A program made the translations under genes and the position numbers. The notes under the pieces are model-generated. The model did no database searches and was not told where the DNA came from. It saw only the letters and a program-made list of their open reading frames with translations. Positions 30,901 through 38,239 of a stretch of 64,000 nucleotides of DNA are shown one piece after another. How positions within the stretch are numbered: position 1 is the first letter of the stretch; every line of letters starts with the position of its first letter. Location of the stretch: positions 5,002 to 69,001 of the forward strand of contig CAJGDJ010000005.1 of the NCBI GenBank assembly GCA_904502025.1, written 5' to 3'. The stretch comes from an uncultured Muribaculaceae bacterium. GTDB lineage: Bacteria; Bacteroidota; Bacteroidia; Bacteroidales; Muribaculaceae.

Positions 30901-31084
30901 CGGTTTGTCCACCTGTGGTTGTTCCTTGAACAAGCACACTGGCACCGATGAGTGGCTCACCGGCGGGATCACTTACAGTCCCTGAGACTGTAATCTTCTG
31001 CGCTAAAGCAGGGAAAGAAAGGCATAGCACCATCACAAGGGCGAGCCAGGCTTTCCGATTCATTTGAAAACAAATGTTCTTCAT
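27962..31084 (-). CDS. SusC/RagA-family TonB-dependent outer-membrane transporter
   Basis: N-terminal carboxypeptidase-regulatory-like domain ([18 protein letters not shown]), a plug with [27 protein letters not shown], and a terminal Phe. 1040 aa. Confidence 0.95.
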   Translation of the reverse strand: [1040 protein letters not shown]

Positions 31085-31115
31085 GCAAGAATTTTTTTAG
31101 TTTTACTTAGTTTTA

Positions 31116-31123
31116 CAAAAATA
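31116..31123 (-). promoter_or_regulatory. -7 box TATTTTTG for the susC-like operon
   Basis: TAnnTTTG, 31 nt upstream of ATG 31084. Confidence 0.5.
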
Positions 31124-31490
31124 TTTATTAATCTCTATTTTCTTCTATACTTAATTTTTGACCATTAGACCTAATTTTTTATTGCGATTTAAGTAGCAAC
31201 TGCATAAACACGACAAAGCAAGCACAATATGCCCATTGCATATTTGCTTTTTCAGCGACGTGTTATTTTGGTATCATACTCAATAAATCCTTAAAATCAT
31301 GCCTATATAGGCTTTATTGCCATTTTACAACAATAAAACTATATTTTCAACCTACAAATTAAACTATAATTTTTCAAATTTGTTCACTTTTCACGGCTTA
31401 ATTGTTCGCATTTTCATCAATTTAACAAATCTAAATTAAAAATCGTTTACAATTTTAACATTTCAATCCCTCTCACTAATTATCTTAATT

Positions 31491-31529
31491 GAAACAACAA
31501 GGGCTGTGCCTGAATTTTGACACAACCCC
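31491..31529 (-). terminator. Probable terminator after the aminotransferase
   Basis: Imperfect stem GGGGTTGTG/CACAGCCC followed by TTGTTGTTT on the minus strand. Confidence 0.45.
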
Positions 31530-31567
31530 ATGAGATTTCAGAAAAGATTAATATGTTCCTTTATTCT

Positions 31568-32761
31568 TTACGCAAGTTTAGCGAGAGCTTCCTTAATGCG
31601 GTGCATTGCTTCGCGAATATTATCATCGCTTGTAGCGTATGACAAACGGATATATCCGGGGAGACAAAATGCTTCACCATCAACGGTTGCCACATGTCCC
31701 TCTTCAAGAAGATACATCGCAAGGTCGGCTGCATTATTGATTACTTTGTCGCCATATTTCTTTCCAAAGTAGCTAGACACTTCGGGGAATAGGTAGAATG
31801 CACCTTGTGGCTCATTAACTTTGATGCCCGGAATTTCGCGAGCAAGAGAAACCACGAGGTCGCGGCGGCGTTGGAAAGCTACACGCATATCCTCAACACA
31901 TTGTTGCGAACCGGTGTAGGCAGCTTCAGCCGCTTTTTGAGCTACCGACGAAGCTCCTGATGTGTATTGACTTTGTAGTTTGTTGGTAGCTTTAGCAACC
32001 CAAAGAGGAGCTGCAATAAAACCTATACGCCAACCTGTCATTGCGTATGCTTTAGACACTCCGTTTACGATGATTGTGCGATCGGCAATTTCGGGGAATG
32101 AACCGAGAGAAGTAAACTCGCCGGTAAAGTTAATATGCTCGTATATTTCATCGGCAAGAACAAGCACGTCGGGATATTTTGCAAGCACTTCAACGAGTCC
32201 TTTCAATTCGTCTTTAGTATATACACTACCTGTTGGGTTAGAAGGAGAGCAAATCAACACCATACGTGTTTTAGGAGTGATCGCAGCTTCGAGTTGTTCG
32301 GGGGTAACTTTGAAATCTTGCTCGATAGATGCAGGAACAAGAACGTTTGTACCTTCAGCAAGCTTCACCATTTCCACATAACTCACCCATGCAGGAGTGG
32401 GGATAACCACCTCGTCTCCGGGATTGATCACACTTAAAATCACATTACAAAGCGATTGTTTTGCCCCTCCCGACACAACAATCTGTTCGGGCGTGTAATC
32501 AAGACCGTTTTCGTTTTTTAATTTGTCGGCAATAGCTTTACGCAACGACAAATACCCGGGAACGGCCGTGTAGAATGTATAATTTTCATCGATGGCACGT
32601 TTTGCAGCCTCTTTAATATGGTCGGGCGTATTAAAGTCGGGTTCGCCAACTGAGAGGTTAATTACGTCAACGCCTTGAGCCTTAAGCTCGTTACTCTTTT
32701 GCGACATCGCTAAAGTTTGCGATGGGGAGAGCGATTGAACACGATCAGAAATGTGAGTCAT
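31568..32761 (-). CDS. Class I PLP-dependent aminotransferase (AspC-type)
   Basis: PLP-lysine motif NGVSKAYAMTGWRIG. 397 aa. Confidence 0.9.
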   Translation of the reverse strand: MTHISDRVQSLSPSQTLAMSQKSNELKAQGVDVINLSVGEPDFNTPDHIKEAAKRAIDENYTFYTAVPGYLSLRKAIADKLKNENGLDYTPEQIVVSGGAKQSLCNVILSVINPGDEVVIPTPAWVSYVEMVKLAEGTNVLVPASIEQDFKVTPEQLEAAITPKTRMVLICSPSNPTGSVYTKDELKGLVEVLAKYPDVLVLADEIYEHINFTGEFTSLGSFPEIADRTIIVNGVSKAYAMTGWRIGFIAAPLWVAKATNKLQSQYTSGASSVAQKAAEAAYTGSQQCVEDMRVAFQRRRDLVVSLAREIPGIKVNEPQGAFYLFPEVSSYFGKKYGDKVINNAADLAMYLLEEGHVATVDGEAFCLPGYIRLSYATSDDNIREAMHRIKEALAKLA

Positions 32762-32796
32762 TTTCTAAGTTGATTTACTGATTTATATTACTAATG

Positions 32797-32804
32797 CAAA
32801 GATA
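32797..32804 (-). promoter_or_regulatory. -7 box TATCTTTG for the aminotransferase
   Basis: TAnnTTTG, 35 nt upstream of ATG 32761. Confidence 0.55.
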
Positions 32805-32966
32805 ATATAAAGAATTGATACCCCAAAGAGTGAAACAATATTTATCTGAGACAATTGAAAATACCCGACAATCTCAACATCTTTCCGGGCATTGCCTCTT
32901 TGAGTCAGTACCCGGCTACGCAAAAAGCATTACCTTCGGCAATACCGTTAGCCTTTTATATTCTTT

Positions 32967-33136
32967 AAATCACGACATTTACACCATTCTCGTCCTCCGG
33001 ACGGCTTGGCGAGGAGGATTGATTATTTCCTTTCCTGGGGTATCGCTTCGCTCAACCCTCGGTTATTATAGACGCTACGCTCTCCCGTGCTTCGCACGCA
33101 TTTGCCCTTGAAAATGCTTTATCGGACACCAATAAT
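32967..33136. repeat. REP/MITE-like ~170-nt hairpin-rich intergenic element, copy B
   Basis: Aligns with 57233-57400 with about 14 differences by manual alignment. Contains hairpins TCCTCC..GGAGGA, GGGT..ACCC and CGTGC-TTC-GCACG. It ends with TTTATCGGACACCAATAA. Confidence 0.8.
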
Positions 33137-33243
33137 ATTCTTTCTATTAAAATCCAAAAACAGAAAGAATGTGCAGTGGTCCCCTAATACAGAGGAGGAA
33201 TATTTGCTCATGAGAGCTTAGCAGTGCTCTCTTGTTTTTAGGG

Positions 33244-33297
33244 AGTATCGTCTTTAGCGACCTTAAAGTCTTTAGTGACCTTAACGACTCTAAAGAC
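33244..33297. repeat. 9-bp tandem array, 6 units
   Basis: Plus-strand units are AGTATCGTC, TTTAGCGAC, CTTAAAGTC, TTTAGTGAC, CTTAACGAC, TCTAAAGAC. Consensus YTTARNGAC. Confidence 0.85.
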
Positions 33298-33312
33298 CAC
33301 AACGCCGAGAGT

Positions 33313-33351
33313 AAAAAAACTAAGCGAGCAACCCTTATGGATTGCTCGCTT
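33313..33351 (-). terminator. Terminator after the 1303-aa cargo gene
   Basis: Stem AAGCGAGCAA/TTGCTCGCTT followed by TTTTTTT on the minus strand. Homologous to the hairpin at 60334-60372. Confidence 0.8.
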
Positions 33352-33397
33352 TTATTGATTTATAGTAACTATATTTACTATAGTTATCTATTTACAA

Positions 33398-36300
33398 TTA
33401 CTTAACGTAAACTTTAGATACTTTGTTGCCTTGGCGTTTGATGAAGATACCATTAGATGGTTCAACAACTTTCACACCTTGGAGGTTGTAGTATTCAACA
33501 GGAGCTTCTACTTCTTCCATTTCTTCAACTACGATATCTTTAACACCGCTTTGTTTAGGTTCAACAGCGAAGCAGAGTTTTTCAGCAACTGTTCCAGGAA
33601 CATAGTGGTAGATGTAAACTGAGTAGTCGTTGTTAGGAACTGCGATGATGCTACCCATACAAGCACCAAGACCTGCTTTTTGACCTTCAGTCCATGTAGC
33701 TACGCAAGTACCTTCTTCGTCATAGATTGCGAAGTTAGAACCACGAGTACCAGTTGTACCGTCAGTTGTTACAGGCATGATAAAGTATTTTTTGCCATAG
33801 AGTTCGAACCAGTCGAAACCTTCAACTGATGCGTTAGCAGTAGTATAGCTACCAGAAGCAGCACCAAATGTCCAAGCTTTAACCATATCTGAGTTGTCAT
33901 CGTTCCAAGCAAATACTGAACCTGGAGTACCACGAGAACGCATAATGAATGCATTTGAAAGGTCGCCATTGTCGTCCATAAGAGCGTCGATTTCAGCAAC
34001 AGTTTCGAATGCAGGTTGAGGACAGCAAGAAGTTGTCAAACCAACACCTGCGATAGCATTAGTAACTTGAGTGTATTCAGTATCTACAGCACCATTCTTA
34101 ATCTTAACAACAAGAACAGAAGTACCACCGTTAGGAACGATGAATGCATAACCACCTTCGTTTGAAAGCATGTTACCACGGATGCGGCCTAATTGGTCAG
34201 TACGAGCAGGAGTGTAACCTTCGATAGCGCTCAAGTCAATTTTGTAAGTTGATTTGAGGTCAGCAGAGATTACTGCGAAGTTCTTACCTGAAGCAACACC
34301 AGAGAAACCAGTTGATACGAGGAAGTTACCAGCATCGTCACAACCGATAGCAGTTGAGATAGTTTGACCGTAGTATTCTTTAAGAGCAGCTGAAGGATCG
34401 TAGTAAGTGTTATTACCTGTAGCTGTTACTTGTACGAGCAAGTTAGTTGATTTATCAGTTACGATAATCTTGTCGTTAGAAACAGCTGCGAAACGGAGTT
34501 CACCACCAGCAGCAGTACCAGGAACACTTGAAGTGTTTTGCCATACTTTAGTAAGACCTGTAGGAATAGCAGCTTCAGCAGTACCCTTAACAGCGATAGT
34601 CTTAGTTGCAGCACCTGCAGAAGTCAATGTGATAGTTGCATTGTGGCTACCGGCAGCAGATGGTTTGTAAGTAACAGTAATGTCACCACCGTCAGTACCA
34701 AGAGAAGTCTTATCGATAGAGAATGTAGAACTACCGGCAAGAGCAACAGAGATATTGCCGGTGAGCAATTCACCACCGATAGAAATCTTTTGAGAAGCAG
34801 ATTTACCTTCAACAGCTGTCAATGTTACTTCAGCAGGAGCAGTGATTTCAGGAACTTTTTCGTAAGTGTAAGTAGGAACTGTACCATTTTTGTAGTAAGC
34901 GATACCTTGGTTGTGAATCAATACCCACATTTCAACACCTTTGTCTCCGTTTACGTTAACACAGATGCTTGAAGAAAGAGTAGTGTTACGAGTTTTAGAA
35001 CTCATACCAGCTGATGGATAGCTACCTGAGTTCTTAAGACCTTCAACAGCCCAACCACCGCTACCATCGATGAGGATAGCACGACCACCGAGAAGAGTAG
35101 TAGTTTTGATTTCGTCAGCAGTAGCAGCAGAACCGGCTTTAGTTACAGCTTGATAGTCAGTTGCAAATGCATATTTGTTACCTTTGAATGTGAAAGGAAC
35201 GAAGTCGTTACCACAACCATGGAATGCAGCTTCGATGTTGAATGCTGTCAATGGAAGAGAAGTAGTCAATTGACCATTACCAGTGATTTGTGATGGCAAG
35301 TATTGTTGACCACATACCCAGTAGTTGTTACCTTCAGGAATAGCACGAGGAGACATACCGATGATGAAACCGTCGATATCAGCAACTACAGGAGTTTTTG
35401 ATGCAGTACCATTAGAAAGAGCATAAGTAACAAGTGAGTTACAGTTGCCGTTCTTAGTGTTACCATCAGCATCTTTATAATCACGAGTTTGTTGAGCTAA
35501 GTAAACGAGTTTACCGCTTGTCAAGTTACCTTGAACTTCGATAGCGTCACCAATACGAGTCATACCACCGAGGTCGGTAGTTTCAAGAAGTACGCGAGGA
35601 GCAGCATCATCATTATCCCAAATGTAAACTTTGAGAGTTTTCATTGTTTCATTAGTTGCCAATGCGATGTTAGTACCGATGATTTTACCATCAACGTAAG
35701 CAACGTCAACAAGTTTCAATGCACCACCTTCAACACCTGTCATGTTAAGGTCTTTGATGTGTTCAGCAGTTTGAGCTTTGATAACTTTCACAACACCATT
35801 AGCAGCATCAACTACATAAAGTTTACCGTCGCCAAATGCCATGTTACGATAGTTAGTCCAGTTAGCCATCCAAGTAGCTTTCTTGTTAGAATTTTCAGAG
35901 TAGTTCCATCCTTCAGTGAACTTCAATGGAGGGTTCTTAGCTGTACCGGTTACAACCATAGAAGCTTTGTGAGTTCCACTTACGAATGAGATAGTAGTAG
36001 AGTGTGACCCAGCTGATTGAGGTTTGTAAGTAACTTCAAATGTACCACCTGATGTGCCGAGAGAAGTTTTGTTGATAGAGAAGTTAGTGTTATCGCTATT
36101 TGAGATAGTGATGTTAGCAGAAAGTGAAGTACCTGTTACAGTAATAGTTTTAGCAGAAGTGTTACCTACAGCAGTTTCACCGAAGCCAGTAGAAGTTGGA
36201 TTCAATGAGATACCAGTGTCAACACCTTCGCTCATGTTAATATCGTTTTGAGTTGCAACATTGTTAGAAACAGATACTGTTTTAGTTACAGTTTTGTAAC

Positions 36301-37309
36301 CTGATTTCTTAAATGTAAGAGTATATGTACCAGCAGGAACGAAGAATGCATATACACCATTACATTTAGCACCAGTAGTTACAGTTTGGTTAAGATTATT
36401 ACCACTCAATGTTACAGTTACGTCGTTCAATGCGAGGTAAGAGTCACGGCCACGAGTTGTGTAGTTAGAGTAACCACAACCTTTAGAAGTGTCGCGAACG
36501 TCACCCACGATACAGCCAGGAAGTTGACCAGAACCACCAGGAGCAGTCAAACGTGCAACAGCGATTTGCCATGCAAGGAATTTGTTATAGAGTGAAGATT
36601 TGAAACGCAATGATTCAGGACGGTAGTCGTGGAACCAAGTTTCAACCAAGTAACCGGGTTGAGTGTTTGTACGAAGCACACCATAGTGCCATCCCATCAA
36701 GTCGTAGTCGGCCATTGAACGAGGTGTTCCGTAAGTATATTCTGACAAACAACCATTTTTATAGTTGTTATAAGAGTCCCAATATGCCATACGTTCTGAA
36801 CCACCAATGTGGTTAGAAGAGTTTTGACCTTTATAAAGAGCTACGTGGTAATTAGCACTTGCATTAGCACCGTTAGAGTGCATAGAGATGAAGTAACCAC
36901 CATAAGAAGATGAATAAGTAGCGATTGAAGTCAAGTTCAAGTCAGAAGAAGATGTGTTAGTTGTACGAGACATCTTAACAGTACCACCATTCTTTTCCAA
37001 GAATTTTTGCATGTGGAATGCACGGTCGAGGTTACCTTCTGATTCATAGAAATATTCACCACCTGAAAGCAATGGCATTGGAGTAGGACGGTCGTCTGAT
37101 TCGAAACCACCGTGACCTGCGTTCACATACCATTTACCACTCTTATTATAGTTAGAACTTATTGATGTATTTCCGTTCTTGTAGTTAGCAGGAGAAGAAA
37201 GCGCATAAGTTCCAGTATAGTTTGATGCTACATCATAAGCATAAGTGACAGCGTCGGCACCAAAAGCAACGCCAGCCATTAATAATGCTGAAATTAATAT
37301 CTTTTTCAT
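33398..37309 (-). CDS. 1303-aa multidomain T9SS cargo. Domain order: signal peptide, Amidase_3-like (MurNAc-L-Ala amidase), CarboxypepD_reg-like, two [Ig-like + ~340-aa beta-rich] modules, short C-terminal sorting signal.
   Basis: Amidase motifs NAGHGG (H66), YESEGNLDRA, SMHSNG (H144) and GVLRTNTQPGYLVETWF (E223). Repeated Ig-like segments FSI[ND]KTSLGT.GG..VTYKP..AGSH. C-terminus VEYYNLQGVKV..GIFIKRQGNKVSKVYVK. Confidence 0.75.
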   Translation of the reverse strand: MKKILISALLMAGVAFGADAVTYAYDVASNYTGTYALSSPANYKNGNTSISSNYNKSGKWYVNAGHGGFESDDRPTPMPLLSGGEYFYESEGNLDRAFHMQKFLEKNGGTVKMSRTTNTSSSDLNLTSIATYSSSYGGYFISMHSNGANASANYHVALYKGQNSSNHIGGSERMAYWDSYNNYKNGCLSEYTYGTPRSMADYDLMGWHYGVLRTNTQPGYLVETWFHDYRPESLRFKSSLYNKFLAWQIAVARLTAPGGSGQLPGCIVGDVRDTSKGCGYSNYTTRGRDSYLALNDVTVTLSGNNLNQTVTTGAKCNGVYAFFVPAGTYTLTFKKSGYKTVTKTVSVSNNVATQNDINMSEGVDTGISLNPTSTGFGETAVGNTSAKTITVTGTSLSANITISNSDNTNFSINKTSLGTSGGTFEVTYKPQSAGSHSTTISFVSGTHKASMVVTGTAKNPPLKFTEGWNYSENSNKKATWMANWTNYRNMAFGDGKLYVVDAANGVVKVIKAQTAEHIKDLNMTGVEGGALKLVDVAYVDGKIIGTNIALATNETMKTLKVYIWDNDDAAPRVLLETTDLGGMTRIGDAIEVQGNLTSGKLVYLAQQTRDYKDADGNTKNGNCNSLVTYALSNGTASKTPVVADIDGFIIGMSPRAIPEGNNYWVCGQQYLPSQITGNGQLTTSLPLTAFNIEAAFHGCGNDFVPFTFKGNKYAFATDYQAVTKAGSAATADEIKTTTLLGGRAILIDGSGGWAVEGLKNSGSYPSAGMSSKTRNTTLSSSICVNVNGDKGVEMWVLIHNQGIAYYKNGTVPTYTYEKVPEITAPAEVTLTAVEGKSASQKISIGGELLTGNISVALAGSSTFSIDKTSLGTDGGDITVTYKPSAAGSHNATITLTSAGAATKTIAVKGTAEAAIPTGLTKVWQNTSSVPGTAAGGELRFAAVSNDKIIVTDKSTNLLVQVTATGNNTYYDPSAALKEYYGQTISTAIGCDDAGNFLVSTGFSGVASGKNFAVISADLKSTYKIDLSAIEGYTPARTDQLGRIRGNMLSNEGGYAFIVPNGGTSVLVVKIKNGAVDTEYTQVTNAIAGVGLTTSCCPQPAFETVAEIDALMDDNGDLSNAFIMRSRGTPGSVFAWNDDNSDMVKAWTFGAASGSYTTANASVEGFDWFELYGKKYFIMPVTTDGTTGTRGSNFAIYDEEGTCVATWTEGQKAGLGACMGSIIAVPNNDYSVYIYHYVPGTVAEKLCFAVEPKQSGVKDIVVEEMEEVEAPVEYYNLQGVKVVEPSNGIFIKRQGNKVSKVYVK

Positions 37310-37312
37310 GGC

Positions 37313-38239
37313 TTATTTTTCTTTAATAGTCATTAGGAAAAGTTTACCATCTTCGGTGTGGAAAGCAATTTTGCTACCATCGGCACTAACCGCAGGGAAA
37401 GTTTTGATTTCAGAAGATGTAGTAGAAAGTTGTTGAAGGTTTTTACCATCGGCACCAACAATCATGATTTCACCTTTAGTGAGATAGTAACCATCATGGT
37501 CTTCGTTGTGACCTACGATATGGCTATTACCACGCCATTGAGGACAACCCATTTCGCCAAGGTTAACTACATTCTTACCATTGATGTCGCAAACATAAGA
37601 ATAATCTGCACAGTGGAAAAGAATTTTTGTTTGGTCGGGAGAAAGCGAAGTCCAGCAATATTGAGGATCCCAAGAACCGAATTGTCCTTTAAGAGGATCT
37701 AATTCAATGCGACGACCGTTGTTATAAACAACAATCTTAAGATCTTCTTCAGTAACGAAGATTTCGTTAGGCATTTGAACAGCTGAAATAGGGCGAGTTA
37801 CTTGTTTAGTAGTAACTTTACCTTGCAATCCAACAGAAACCTTACCATTCACAAAGTTAAAGCGGTTAAAGTGGTCAGCTTTTTGAAGAATAGCTGTACG
37901 CTCCAATGTGTTAAGGTTAATGCTGTAAAGCGAGTTACCTTGAATCTCATCGTCTTTTTGACGCACAATCAAAGTTTTACCATCTTCGCTGATAGCAGGC
38001 AACCAACCGGCACCACGCATGTCAGTGATTTTTTGATACTTTTGGGTTTTGAGGTCAATGATACCAAGACCATCATAACCGGCTGATGAAACCAAAAGAG
38101 AATTTCCATCGGGAGTAAACATAGGATGGAAAACATCTTCGGCTTCTACTGAAAGTTGTTGAGTACTAACAACTTCGAATTGCTGAGCTTGAGCTGTCAT
38201 AGCAGCTACTGCAGCGAGTGTCAACAGAAGTTTTTTCAT
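37313..38239 (-). CDS. TolB-like (PD40/WD40-like) beta-propeller protein with signal peptide
   Basis: Signal peptide ending AQAQQ. Repeated SPDG/SEDG/SADG-K-hydrophobic PD40-like motifs. The stop lies 3 nt before the ATG of the 1303-aa gene. Confidence 0.55.
   Translation of the reverse strand: MKKLLLTLAAVAAMTAQAQQFEVVSTQQLSVEAEDVFHPMFTPDGNSLLVSSAGYDGLGIIDLKTQKYQKITDMRGAGWLPAISEDGKTLIVRQKDDEIQGNSLYSINLNTLERTAILQKADHFNRFNFVNGKVSVGLQGKVTTKQVTRPISAVQMPNEIFVTEEDLKIVVYNNGRRIELDPLKGQFGSWDPQYCWTSLSPDQTKILFHCADYSYVCDINGKNVVNLGEMGCPQWRGNSHIVGHNEDHDGYYLTKGEIMIVGADGKNLQQLSTTSSEIKTFPAVSADGSKIAFHTEDGKLFLMTIKEK

Noticed and set aside
32815-33111. 98-aa plus-strand ORF upstream of the aminotransferase (similar ORF at 23403-23642)
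   Set aside because: It lies entirely within the REP/MITE-like repeat and its flank. Its sequence recurs as non-coding DNA at 57233-57400, where the frame is not preserved.
33244-33297. CRISPR array?
   Set aside because: The units are only 9 bp and directly abutting with no spacers. There are 6-7 units and no cas genes in the window.
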